A stretch of DNA of 64,000 bases from Ranitomeya imitator (lineage: Eukaryota): the NCBI RefSeq assembly GCF_032444005.1, contig NC_091284.1:11780001-11844000 (forward strand). The letters run 5' to 3'. Below, piece by piece: positions 30,486 through 43,726 of the stretch (its first letter is position 1; each line of letters starts with the position of its first letter). The notes beneath the pieces are model-generated. The model was not told the origin of the DNA. It made no database searches and saw only the letters and a list, made by a program, of their open reading frames with translations. Both the position numbers and the translations under genes were made by a program.

Positions 30486-31344
30486 GTGGGTCACAGAAAA
30501 CATAGATACTATGGAGGCAGATCACGCCCCTGGAGAGGAGGCCCAGCTCTGATTGGTCCATTTTACTTCAGGGTGGTGCAGACCACTCCCCAGAGGAACG
30601 GAAGTGTCCGCAGTTAGGGTCATGGAAAGAGGCAGGAAACAAACATGAGGTCATTCTGCCACCATAAAGGAAGTACCGTCTTATTACTAAACATATATCC
30701 ACATTTGCAATGATTAGAAATGTTGCATTACATAAAAACCTCACAATTAGTTTTGATTAAAAATCTTCCGTCCATACAGCTCCTCCGCGGACCTATGCGT
30801 CTCCATAGTTACATACTACAAACAATCTCTGTGTAGTCTGATATAACCTTCGTATTCTCATCCATCGGTACCATCATTCTGAATTCTTCCACCAGCGCAG
30901 GAAGGCGAGAACTGGGGCAGAAATTACTGCATCAGATCTTCCGTGTGTGAATTTACCAGATGGAAGAAAGTCTGACAACACAATCAGATTGTAGTCTGTT
31001 ACCATGGAGACGCGAAGGGGAAACCAAATGGTATAAGATTTTTATTGAAAACTATTTGTAGATTTGTTTTATTTTCTATTTAAGATGATTTAGATTAAAA
31101 TTTCCTACGTTTTGCTGATATTTACCCCCGGACAGAAGCGCTCGCTGCTTGTTTTCCCTGGCACTCCTTTTCCACAATCCTTGGACCATTGTAGTCTTGC
31201 TTAGAGTTTCGCCATCTAATTCTGAGAGGGATGAGGCCTACAAGAGTTGACCCCTCTCCCCAAAAGCTCCACAACAGCCATTTTTTTGCTAAGCACCATT
31301 TTTGATTAACCCTTCATGTTGCCATGCGTTCCTTGTGTTTTCAG

Positions 31345-31545
31345 GTCTGGAATTTCAGCAGCCTCTTCTCTCCGGTACAGCAGTGGACGCTCGCTGACAT
31401 CGCCTCCATGTCTGAGCATCTGAAGGTTTGTCCTTATAACACCCCGGAGCAGAAGAAGGATCCGTTCCAGCTCCCCAGTCTGTATGGCCAAGAGAAGGAG
31501 CAGAAGGAAAGTCTGCTGAACCTGAGGAGCAAGCGAAGGTCGTGA
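31345..31545 (+). CDS. FBXO40: FBXO40 last coding exon (total 698 aa)
   Basis: VWNFSSLFSPVQQWTLADIASMSEHLKVCPYN...*; tttcag acceptor, phase 0. Confidence 0.93.
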   Translation, partial: VWNFSSLFSPVQQWTLADIASMSEHLKVCPYNTPEQKKDPFQLPSLYGQEKEQKESLLNLRSKRRS

Positions 31546-32497
31546 TCGGCCACACCCACTGCAGGGGCGGAGCTTGGGAAAGTCATGCGCTAAGGAGTTC
31601 AGAAGCTCCGCCCCCTCACCCGCCCACAGAGCTTTATAGAAAACTAGAACGAAATGGAACCGGATGATTACAACGTTGGGATTTCCATCAATATCAAGGA
31701 AGCGGAAAAGTTTTACAACTTTCCCCTACAGTATGATCCTGATTCATTATTTGTGTTAGGTTATTTCATTTTTTTGTGTTATACTGTAGCATTCATTGGT
31801 GGTTTTTGTTCCAAATTCTTGAAAATGGCATCCGCGGGTACAAGAATTCAGAGAATTGCTCAAAATAAAGAAAGAATGTTCTTCCTATTTGTCTCCGATT
31901 CACCATTTGTGCTTTTTTTAAGACACTTTTCTTTTTACCGTAGTTGTGGTATTAGTTGCTGTTTTTTGTGCCACAATTGCTCCCGCCATTCATTAATTTT
32001 GCATAAAGTAAACAATCGCCGTTATTTTCATGTTTTGCAATAAGTCATAAAATGGTGCAAAAATTGTGTGAAATTCCTAGTGCCCAGAACATCACTCTGG
32101 GGCGAAACGGGACGACGATTGCAACAAATATTCAAACGTTTTAAAAAGTCGCCAGTGATGAATTAGCTGGAAACGTAAAACTCTGCTCACAATGGTGAAT
32201 GCAAGAAAAAAGACAGGAGAACATAAAACAGACTTTACAAAGATGCAAATAAAAAAAAAAAAGAACGAGATGCAAATGAAAAACCTGGAAAAACACCAAA
32301 AACGAGACAGAAACAGGTGCAAATGCGATAATGAATCGCGTCCTTTGTCTTTTACTTTCTTTACAACTCTTTAGATGCACAATTCGATAACTTTTCGCTA
32401 ATATTTCTAACATATAAAAAAATAAATTAAGCACTCCGGGAGACTATGGGCAAGAAAAAAGTGACTTTTTAGAAAATCCGCAAATAATGAATTGACA

Positions 32498-35127
32498 GGG
32501 AAAAATGGTAACAAAGGGAAAAATGGTAACAAAATTCTCATTGGGGTCTGTTACAAACCCCCAAATATAACAGAAAGCATGGAAAGTCTACTTCTAAAGC
32601 AGATAGATGAAGCTGCAACCCATAATGAGGTCCTGGTTATGGGGGACTTTAACTACCCGGATATTAACTGGGAAACAGAAACCTGTGAAACCCATAAAGG
32701 CAACAGGTTTCTGCTAATAACCAAGAAAAATTATCTTTCACAATTGGTGCAGAATCCAACCAGAGGAGCAGCACTTTTAGACCTAATACTATCTAATAGA
32801 CCTGACAGAATAACAAATCTGCAGGTGGTTGGGCATTTAGGAAATAGCGACCACAATATTGTGCAGTTTCACCTGTCTTTCACTAGGGGGACTTGTCAGG
32901 GAGTCACAAAAACATTGAACTTTAGGAAGGCAAAGTTTGAACAGCTTAGAGATGCCCTTAATCTGGTAGACTGGGACAATGTCCTCAGAAATGAGAATAC
33001 AGATAATAAATGGGAAATGTTTAAGAACATCCTAAATAGGCAGTGTAAGCGGTTTATACCTTGTGGGAATAAAAGGACTAGAAATAGGAAAAACCCAATG
33101 TGGCTAAACAAAGAAGTAAGACAGGCAATTAACAGTAAAAAGAAAGCATTTGCACTACTAAAGCAGGATGGCACCATTGAAGCTCTAAAAAACTATAGGG
33201 AGAAAAATACTTTATCTAAAAAACTAATTAAAGCTGCCAAAAAGGAAACAGAGAAGCACATTGCTAAGGAGAGTAAAACTAATCCCAAACTGTTCTTCAA
33301 CTATATCAATAGTAAAAGAATAAAAACTGAAAATGTAGGCCCCTTAAAAAATAGTGAGGAAAGAATGGTTGTAGATGACGAGGAAAAAGCTAACATATTA
33401 AACACCTTCTTCTCCACGGTATTCACGGTGGAAAATGAAATGCTAGGTGAAATCCCAAGAAACAATGAAAACCCTATATTAAGGGTCACCAATCTAACCC
33501 AAGAAGAGGTGCGAAACCGGCTAAATAAGATTAAAATAGATAAATCTCCGGGTCCGGATGGCATACACCCACGAGTACTAAGAGAACTAAGTAATGTAAT
33601 AGATAAACCATTATTTCTTATTTTTAGTGACTCTATAGCAACGGGGTCTGTTCCGCAGGACTGTCGCATAGCAAATGTGGTGCCAATATTCAAAAAGGGC
33701 TCTAAAAGTGAACCTGGAAATTATAGGCCAGTAAGTCTAACCTCTATTGTTGGTAAAATATTTGAAGGGTTTCTGAGGGATGTTATTCTGGATTATCTCA
33801 ATGAGAATAACTGTTTAACTCCATATCAGCATGGGTTTATGAGAAATCGCTCCTGTCAAACCAATCTAATCAGTTTTTATGAAGAGGTAAGCTATAGACT
33901 GGACCACGGTGAGTCATTGGACGTGGTATATCTCGATCTTTCCAAAGCGTTTGATACCGTGCCGCACAAGAGGTTGGTACACAAAATGAGAATGCTTGGT
34001 CTGGGGGAAAATGTGTGTAAATGGGTTAGTAACTGGCTTAGTGATAGAAAGCAGAGGGTGGTTATAAATGGTATAGTCTCTAACTGGGTCGCTGTGACCA
34101 GTGGGGTACCGCAGGGGTCAGTATTGGGACCTGTTCTCTTCAACATATTCATTAATGATCTGGTAGAAGGTTTACACAGTAAAATATCGATATTTGCAGA
34201 TGATACAAAACTATGTAAAGCAGTTAATACAAGAGAAGATAGTATTCTGCTACAGATGGATCTGGATAAGTTGGAAACTTGGGCTGAAAGGTGGCAGATG
34301 AGGTTTAACAATGATAAATGTAAGGTTATACACATGGGAAGAGGGAATCAATATCACCATTACACACTGAACGGGAAACCACTGGGTAAATCTGACAGGG
34401 AGAAGGACTTGGGGATCCTAGTTAATGATAAACTTACCTGGAGCAGCCAGTGCCAGGCAGCAGCTGCCAAGGCAAACAGGATCATGGGGTGCATTAAAAG
34501 AGGTCTGGATACACATGATGAGAGCATTATACTGCCTCTGTACAAATCCCTAGTTAGACCGCACATGGAGTACTGTGTCCAGTTTTGGGCACCGGTGCTC
34601 AGGAAGGATATAATGGAACTAGAGAGAGTACAAAGGAGGGCAACAAAATTAATAAAGGGGATGGGAGAACTACAATACCCAGATAGATTAGCGAAATTAG
34701 GATTATTTAGTCTAGAAAAAAGACGACTGAGGGGCGATCTAATAACCATGTATAAGTATATAAGGGGACAATACAAATATCTCACTGAGGATCTGTTTAT
34801 ACCAAGGAAGGTGACGGGCACAAGGGGGCATTCTTTGCGTCTGGAGGAGAGAAGGTTTTTCCACCAACATAGAAGAGGATTCTTTACTGTTAGGGCAGTG
34901 AGAATCTGGAATTGCTTGCCTGAGGAGGTGGTGATGGCGAACTCAGTCGAGGGGTTCAAGAGAGGCCTGGATGTCTTCCTGGAGCAGAACAATATTGTAT
35001 CATACAATTATTAGGTTCTGTAGAAGGACGTAGATCTGGGGATTTATTATGATGGAATATAGGCTGAACTGGATGGACAAATGTCTTTTTTCGGCCTTAC
35101 TAACTATGTTACTATGTTACTATGTTA
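32498..35127 (+). mobile_element. CR1 LINE, 5'-truncated, uninterrupted ORF2 (partial APE plus complete RT)
   Basis: 840-codon open frame to 35014 with GDFN, SDH, YRPVSLTS, GVPQGSVLGP and FADD motifs; 3' UTR ending in (TATGTTAC)3. Confidence 0.96.
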
Positions 35128-36042
35128 CAGCAAACATCTGGATTACAAAACCTGCGCTGGCGAGGGCAAAAAGAGAAAAAAAACTGTAGAAAATAGACGT
35201 CAAAATAAATTAAAAAAAAGACTCAAAAAGACAAAAGAGACACAATAATGAGTCGGGCCCTTTATATTTCAATTCTTCCGCCCTTACAGGACCGATTGAT
35301 GTCTGCAGGAAGTTTCTTGCTACACACAGAGACCAAGCCTGGACATTGTTCTCGCAGCTGAGGGTTTGGCACTATGTATCCAGTCTGGTAGACAAACACA
35401 TCGTCAGGATAGATTTCTCTCCTATAGTTTGTTACAATGTATCAGAGCAGGTAAAATGTATGAAGGTTGCAGTCCAGACTAGATACAATTGTAGCAAACC
35501 CTCAGCTGTCAGCAGAATTAGGTCAGAGTGAATTTTCAGCCTCTGTTCTCATTCACTGACAGCGAGCAGAGATCTTGGAATGACGCCTCGGCCATTTTTT
35601 CCTTTTTCCAGAGTGATCTAATTATTAGGGAACAGTATGGGCGTTGATTTTACTGCATGAGAAGATTTTTCACAAATGATTGCAGACTGCGGTAAAAATG
35701 ATGTTTTCATGGCTGTACCCCAATATTACTGCACTATACAGGTCACCAGATCTCTGTAGCGTGCACATCCGCTATCGATGTAGATATTATAATGTACTTT
35801 ATTACCGATATCAATAATACAGAAGTCACATGACCAGAACACGATCATTCTATCTCATATATGCATAGTCTCCTGCCGCAGGACCCTCCATGCTGTGTAC
35901 AGTACTCTGGCGCCACCTGGTGTCTGACTGTAATCACTGCAGTATTCGTTATCCCCTGCTATAACCTCCGACAGGCCGCAGGTCTATCTGTATCATATTC
36001 CTGGAGAGCATCATACTAGTAGTGACTATTATGTTATATTAA

Positions 36043-36499
36043 CCCTTTCACCCCCAGACTGTTTTCACCTTAATGACCAGGCCAAATTTTACAATTCTGA
36101 CCACTCATTTTATGAAGTTATAACTCTGGAGCTTCCATGGATCCTGCTGATTCTGAGATTGTTTTCTTGTGACATATTGTACTTCATGTCAGTGGTAACA
36201 TTTCTTCAATATGACTCCCGTTTAATTGTGAAAAAATAAATTGGCGAAAATATCGCAATTTTCAAACTTTTAACTTATATGCCCTTAAATCAGAGAGTCA
36301 TATCGCACAACATAGTTACTAAATAACATTTCCCACACATCTACTTTACATCTGCATCATTTTGGAAATATAATTTTTTTTTTGTTAGGGAGTTATAAGG
36401 GTTAAAATTTGACCAGCCATTTCTCATTTTTCCAACAAAATTTACAAAACCATTTTTTAGGGACGACCTCACATTTGAAGTGACTTTGAGAGGTCTATA
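36043..36499 (+). mobile_element. Left end of a TTAA/piggyBac-type non-autonomous element (same family as 53836-58920)
   Basis: TTAA-CCCTTT start; similar to 53836-54300; broken by the Tc1 at 36500. Confidence 0.75.
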
Positions 36500-37405
36500 C
36501 AGTGGGGGAAACAAGTATTCGATCCCTTGCTGATTTTGTAAGTTTGCCCACTGACAAAGACATGAACAGTCTGTAATTTTAATTGTAGGTTAATTTTAAC
36601 ATTGAGAGACAGAATATCAAAAATAAAATCCATAAAGTCACATTGAATAAATTATATAAATGTATTTACATTTTGCAGTGAGAAATAAGTATTTGATCCG
36701 TCTGGCAAACAAGACTTAATACTTGGTGGTAAAACCCTTGTTGGCAAGCCCAGCAGTCAGACGTTTTCTGTAGTTGATGATGAGGTTTGCGCACTTGTCA
36801 GGAGGAATTTTGCTCCTCTCCTCTTTGCAGATCATCTCTAAATCATTAAGATTTTGAGGCTGTCACTTGGCAACTTGGAGCTTTACCTCCCTCCATAGGT
36901 TTTCTATGGGATGAAGGTCTGGAGACTGGCTAGGCCACTCCATGACCTTAATTTGCTTGTTGCCTTGGCTGTATGTTTTGGGTCATTGTCTTGCTGGAAG
37001 ACCCAGCCATGACCCATTTTTAATGTCCTGGCGGAGGGAAGGAGGTTGTCACTCAGGATTTTACGGTACACGGCTCCATCCATTGTCCCATTGATGCGGT
37101 GAAGTAGTCCTGTGCCCTTAGCAGAGAAACTCCCCCAAAACATAATGTTCCACCTCCATGCTTGACAGTGGGGATGGTGTTCTTTGGGTCATAGGCAGCA
37201 TTTCTCTTCCTCCAAACAAGGCGAGTTGAGTTAATGCCAAAGACCTCAATTTTCGTCTCATCTGACCACAGCACCTTCTCCCAATCACTCACAGGGTCAT
37301 CCAGGTGTTCTTTGGTAAACTTCAGACAGGTGCACATGTGTCTTCTTGAGCAGGGGGACCTTGCGGCACTGCAGCATTTTAAACCTTTATGGCGTAATGT
37401 GTTAA
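36500..37405 (-). mobile_element. Tc1 transposon, truncated
   Basis: TA-CAGTGGGGG terminus; WSDETKIE, KHGGG and QQDNDPKH motifs in broken frames. Confidence 0.85.
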
Positions 37406-37872
37406 TGTGAACACTCCAGGTTGGGTGTCCTTCTGCTGGATTGGGTTTAGTGGTAGACCTGTCGGTCCCTATTCTACTATTTCTACTGTGGTGAAATTGA
37501 TGCCACTTTGGTGGTGTCTGCCAGTAATTTTTGGAAATGTGAACACTCCTGTTTGGGTCTCCTTCATGTTGCCTGTAGCAGTATGCCTCAGACACCGTCA
37601 GGCCTCCACTGCCTTGGACTCAACTACCCGTGTTACTATCCTTACATTTTTCTGACAATGGTGGTCTACAAAACTGATATTTGTGCCACCTGAATGTGGC
37701 TCAGCATGAAAGCAGGGAGAGGTGTTACATGTGATATCAGGGGTCCCAGTACAGGAGGTCTACACCGATCCCTCAACCACCTCGTCTTACTGTGATGTTC
37801 TATTGAAAGCTGTAAATGCTGTCCCAGACCCCGATACCTCATGCCTGGCTGATTGTTGCAGTGCCATGTTAC

Positions 37873-38046
37873 AATAATAATAATAATAATAATTTTATTT
37901 ATATAGCGCCAACATATTCCGCAGCGCTTTACAAATTATAGAGGGGACTTGTACAGACAATAGACATTACAGCATAACAGAAATACAGTTCAAAACAGAT
38001 ACCAGGAGGAGTGAGGGCCCTGCTCGCAAGCTTACAAACTATGGAA
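37873..38046 (-). mobile_element. L2-type LINE 3' end
   Basis: (AAT)n tail then ttttatttatatagcgcc...gcgctttac signature. Confidence 0.7.
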
Positions 38047-39124
38047 CTGTGCAATCTGTACTGTGGGTGAATTGAGGCCACTTTGCTGGTGTCTGCCCCT
38101 CATTTCATGTGTTTTGGCAGCATTTGGGGCCATTATACGGTGTTGTGCATGCATTATTTTTGCCTCCCATTGACGTGAATGGCGTTCGGTAATGTTCGGC
38201 GAATATTAGACAAATTAATCAGCGAATATTGCAAATTCCGCGAACGTAATCCGAATCGAATATTGAAATATTCGCTCATATCTAGTGCTGAGCTCTCGCC
38301 AGATGCTTCCTGTTGTGTAACTGAGCTGACTGTCCTAGATAGCAGTCAGCCGAGGCTTCAGTTCTGTGTGGATTGTTTTCCCTGTGCTTAGTGCCTTGCT
38401 TATTGATCTATCGCTACCTGACCTTGGACCTTGCTCTGACCATTCATTTGTCTAATCCTTTTGCTCTGATCTGCTATCCTCCTGGTATTCTGACCTCAGA
38501 CCGTTACTTGACAATGCCTTTGCCTTGTCCCTCTGTTTATGACATACCCGCCTGGCTATTGACCTCGGACTCCTTAAATATCCTGACTCACTGTTTGTCC
38601 ATGAGAACTGACTAAGTGTCGCATCTGAGCCCACAATAACCCAGGATGGGACAATTTTTTTGGCAACATACCTTGCTGTGCTCGGTCAACTTCTTAACCT
38701 TGAAGCTACCTCCTCTTTGTGGGTGCCTGCCAAAAGTCGGGTGAAGCTGGTTGAGGTTGTTGACCCTGGATGCCGTGAAATCACGCAGGTTCTAATCCCT
38801 GGTGAGCCAATGGAAGGCTGAAACTCTGTCACTTGCGCCATCTTGTGTCTTTGTTGGGAATGTAATATATTGTTAACTGTTGGTGATCCAATAAAGTCTT
38901 ACTGGAGTGTGGTACCCTCACCCTGTGTTGTGTGAGTAGTGTTTTGAGCCATGGACTGTGCTGTCTTTGTTGGATGATGCGTGATGTGTAATGACCAGCA
39001 TCAGGGAGGTAAGGGCTGGAGAATAGTTGATGTGTAATGACCGGTGTCAGGGAGGTCAGGGCTGGATGATAGATGATGTCTACTGATCGGTGTCAGAGAG
39101 GTCAGGGCTGGATGATAGATGATG

Positions 39125-39995
39125 TAACATAGTAACATAGTTAGTAAGGCCGAAAAGACATTTGTCCATCCAGTTCAGCCTATATTCCATCATAATAAAT
39201 CCCCAGATCTACGTCCTTCTACAGAACCTAATAATTGTATGATACAATATTGTTCTGCTCCAGGAAGACATCCAGGCCTCTCTTGAACCCCTCGACTGAG
39301 TTCGCCATCACCACCTCCTCAGGCAAGCAATTCCAGATTCTCACTGCCCTAACAGTAAAGAATCCTCTTCTATGTTGGTGGAAAAACCTTCTCTCCTCCA
39401 GACGCAAAGAATGCCCCCTTGTGCCCGTCACCTTCCTTGGTATAAACAGATCCTCAGCAAGATATTTGTATTGTCCCCTTATATACTTATACATGGTTAT
39501 TAGATCGCCCCTCAGTCGTCTTTTTTTCTAGACTAAATAATCCTAATTTCGCTAATCTATCTGGGTATTGTAGTTCTCCCATCCCCTTTATTAATTTTGT
39601 TGCCCTCCTTTGTACTCTCTCTAGTTCCATTATATCCTTCCTGAGCACCGGTGCCCAAAACTGGACACAGTACTCCATGTGCGGTCTAACTAGGGATTTG
39701 TACAGAGGCAGTATAATGCTCTCATCATGTGTATCCAGACCTCTTTTAATGCACCCCATGATCCTGTTTGCCTTGGCAGCTGCTGCCTGGCACTGGCTGC
39801 TCCAGGTAAGTTTATCATTAACTAGGATCCCCAAGTCCTTCTCCCTATCAGATTTACCCAGTGGTTTCCCGTTCAGTGTGTAATGGTGATATTGATTCCT
39901 TCTTCCCATGTGTATAACCTTACATTTATCATTGTTAAACCTCATCTGCCACCTTTCAGCCCAAGTTTCCAACTTATCCAGATCCATCTGTAGCA
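39125..39995 (-). mobile_element. CR1 LINE, short 5'-truncated copy, frameshifted
   Basis: Near-identical to 34255-35127; extra A in the GAAAAAAAGACG run; (TATGTTAC)2 tail. Confidence 0.95.
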
Positions 39996-40533
39996 GATGT
40001 GTAATGACAGGCCTCAAGGAGGTCATGGTTAGATGACTGGTGATGTGTAGTGACCAGCATCAGGGGGACAGGGCTGGATGAAAGTTGTGACCAGTATGGA
40101 GGTGGTGGAGAGGACAACGATGGAGGTGGGGGAGAGGCTAATGATGGAGGTGAGGGAGAGGACAATGATTTGATGCGGGAGGGGAGGAGGACAATTAGGG
40201 ATGTGGGGGATTGGCATGGGAGGAAGGTTGACTTATAATGGACTTATGAACAGGGGGAAGAGGATGTTAGATTTGGATGTAAAATGAATTGGGTGCTGGA
40301 GGAGGGTGCCAAGCCCCTGATAGTGTCCTCCTCCATCTTACAATTCATTGTGATGTTATCGGGGACTTAAAATTTATTGCGGAGTGGGAGCAGAGAGGGT
40401 AAGTTGGATAGGACACTTCATAATGAATTGAAAAGTGGAAGAAGACTCTGTCAGAGGCTTGTAATGAATTGGGAGGAGGCGGAGGATGCCTCAGTACCTG
40501 ATGACGTTTTCTTCCACCACCCAAATTCATTAA

Positions 40534-41660
40534 AGGGAACCTGTCACCCCCAAAATCGAAGGTGAGCTAAGCCCACCAGCATCAGGGGCTTATCTTCAGC
40601 ATTCTGTAATGCATTCTGTAATGCTGTAGATAAGCCCCCGATGTATCCTGAAAGATTATTATTATTATTATTTATTGTTATAGCGCCATTTATTCCATGG
40701 CGCTTTACATGTGAGGAGGGGTATACATAATAAAAACAAGTACAATAATCTTAAACAATACAAGTCATAACTGGTACAGGAGGAGAGAGGACCCTGCCCG
40801 CGAGGGCTCACAATCTACAAGGGATGGGTGAGGATACAGGAGGAGAGAGGACCCTGCCCGCAAAGGCTCACAATCTACAAGGGATGGGTGAGAATACAGT
40901 AGGTGAGGGTAGAGCTGGTCATACAGCGGTTTGGTCGATCGGTGGTTACTGCAGGTTGTAGGCTTGTCGGAAGAGGTGGGTCTTCAGGTTCTTTTTGAAG
41001 GTTTCGATGGTAGGCGAGAGTCTAATGTGTTGTGGTAGAGGGTTCCAGAGTAGGGGTGATACGCGAGAGAAATCTTGTATACGATTGTGGGAAGAGGAGA
41101 TAAGAGGGGAGTAGAGGAGATCTTGTGAGGATCGGAGGTTGCGTGTAGGTAAGTACCGGGAGACGAGGGCACAGATGTATGGAGGAGACAGGTTGTGGAT
41201 GGCTTTGTATGTCATGGTTAGGGTTTTGTACTGGAGTCTCTGTGCAATGGGGAGCCAGTGAAGGGATTGACAGAGGGGAGAGGCCGGGGAATAGCGGGGG
41301 GACAGGTGGATTAGTCGGGCAGCAGAGTTTAGAATAGATTGGAGGGGTGCGAGAGTGTTCGAGGGGAGGCCACAGAGCAGGAGGTTGCAGTAGTCAAGGC
41401 GAGAGATGATGAGGGCATGGACTAAGATGAGAAAAAGAGGTTAGATTATACTCACCCAGGGGCGGTCCCGCTGCGGTTCTGGTACGATGGGCGTCGTGGT
41501 CCGGTCCAGGGCCTCCCATCTTTATAGGATGACGTCCTCTTCTGGTCTTCACGCTGCAGCTCCGGCGCAGGCGTACTTTGTCTGTCCTGTTGAGGGCAGA
41601 GCAAAGTACTGTAGTGTGCAGGTGCTGGGCCTCTCTGACCTTTCCCAGCGCAGCACACCA
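40534..41660. mobile_element. T2/Kolobok-type MITE (TTAA-AGGGAACCTGTCA) split by an L2 insertion; right end not found
   Basis: Terminus at 40530-40546; sequence resumes at 41424. Confidence 0.6.
40657..41423 (-). mobile_element. L2 LINE 3' fragment
   Basis: C-terminal ORF2 peptide [27 protein letters not shown]; (AAT)n tail; AAGAT on both sides (40652-40656, 41424-41428); internal tandem duplication of about 60 bp near 40776-40895. Confidence 0.85.
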
Positions 41661-41689
41661 ACACTGCATACGGATACATGAATGTAGCC

Positions 41690-42320
41690 TTATTATATAC
41701 TGTATATAGCACAGTCCCTTAGTATATGGTGTACTCACTTATTATGTATAGCACAGTATCTCAGGATATAGTGTACTCACTTATGTATAGCACAGTCCCT
41801 TAGTATATAGTGTACTTACTTTTTATGTATAGCACAGTCCCGTAGTATACAGTGTACTCACTTATGTATAGCAGTCTTTTAGTATATAGTGTATTCACTT
41901 ATCACATATAGCATAGTTCCTTAGTACCGTATATAGTGTACTCACTTATTATGTATAGCACAGTCCCTTAGAATATAGTGTACTCACTTATTACGTATAG
42001 CACATTCCTTTAATATACAGTATAATGTACTCATGTAAATACTGAATCAACAAATCACAATGGCGCTACTCCAAATGTACCTGGAGCTACAGCGGCAGGC
42101 AATCTGGCAGATGTAGTGTGTGAGTCTGCCTAAGAAGCAGTGAATAAATCAAATATAAAAGAGGATTGCCGCGCTCAGAGCACAGCAGATACGTTGCAAT
42201 CTGCCTCCGAGCGCGGCAATCCTCTTTTATATTTGATATAGTGTACTCGCTTATTACGTATCGCACAGTCCCTTAGCATATAGTGTACTCACTTATTATG
42301 TATAGCGCCGTCCATAGTTA
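41690..42320. repeat. About 38-42-bp degenerate minisatellite with a 200-bp interruption
   Basis: Unit gtatagcacagtcccttagtatatagtgtactcacttattat. Confidence 0.8.
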
Positions 42321-43726
42321 CATATTTCCTCTTTTATCATGTATAACACCTTCCCTTATTATGTACCATCCTCTCTAGTTATATATGGTGCTGTCCCTTA
42401 TTATATAGCTTCCTCTACTGTTATGTACAGCACTGTCTCTTACATAGTTTATTCTTGTTGTTTTTGTTATTCACAGCGCCCTCTTTTATTACATAGTCCG
42501 CTCTCTTGTCAGATATAAAATAACTGCTAATGTAGCAGCCAGTGACCAAACGACCAGTCCATCAGCTCCTCCATTGGAAAAGAAGCTTTCCCATGCTCCA
42601 TCAGCCTTTATTGCATTCTAGATCTAACAAGACAGGACGGTATGTACGGTAATAAAGACAGGGCTCTATATTAAAGGGCTCTATATAACCCGATATGTAA
42701 GGGACGGATCTGTACATAACAAGAGAGGGCACTGTATAGTAAAGGACGGCAATATACCTAATAAAGGAGGCTATGTAAGACAAATATGTGTGGCTATATA
42801 TATATATATATATCTGTAGCTTTGTCGCCATAAAGGGGGGGTCTCAGACACATTTCTTGCCCTGAGCTGTCAGTGTCCGCCCCTGCACACTATAATAAAC
42901 AGGTCACATTGGATATAATGACGGGGGTCTTCAGAGAGGGGGTACCGCCATCTTCTCCACCTTTACACACTGAAGGCTGATTCCTGTGGAGATGGATTTC
43001 ACAGATGCCATCGTATGCGGCACAGTCCTGTTTGGATCTGCTGCCATCTCCAGTTTATCACCATCATCACTGTAATGTTATACTGGGAGCAGGAGACAAG
43101 GAGGGCAGAATTGAGGGACATTGTGTGATGTGATTATGGATTTCCACCATAGAGTGTGAGGCGCAGACATCATCCTGCTCTGCCTGGTAATGAGGAGCTG
43201 TACAGGAGGAGGCTCATCAGCCTCAGGCGTCGGATCTGTCTGACAGGAAAAGTGTCTGTACTTCCCATAGCAACCAGAGCTCAGCTTATATTTTACCAGA
43301 GCAACCAATCAGAGCTCAGCTTTTATATCAGCGCAACCAATCAGAGCTCGGCTTTTATTATATCAGCACAAGAGTACAACCAACCAGAGCTCGGCTTTCT
43401 TTTTACCTCAGCAGTGTAGGGAATGACTGAGGCCGTCGTCTCCTTCCTGTCAGTCGGCCGTCCTCTGTGGAGCGCACTCATGTTATGGCGGAGTGTGATG
43501 GTGGAGGCCGATGTTCACACCATCTGGTAACACAATGTCCAGGTGTAAAAAGAAACCATTCTGGATAAATAGTGCAGAACTAAGTCTAGTAAGACACAGA
43601 TAAAGGCGTCTACAACAGTGAAGGCCGAGGGGTCAGAAATAACATCCGGGCGAATAACGGCCTCAATAGGAAATGGAAAAAGAAACCGAGCTGCAAAGGT
43701 ACCTCAGAAAAATCACTTACTAAATA

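Noticed and set aside
30486-30617. ORF-track C-terminus of FBXO40 (VGHRKHRYY...)
   Set aside because: Read-through into the intron; the homologous C-terminus is the exon at 31345.
31654-32043. 129-aa hydrophobic ORF downstream of FBXO40
   Set aside because: T-rich 3' UTR or degenerate repeat sequence with no splice or homology support.
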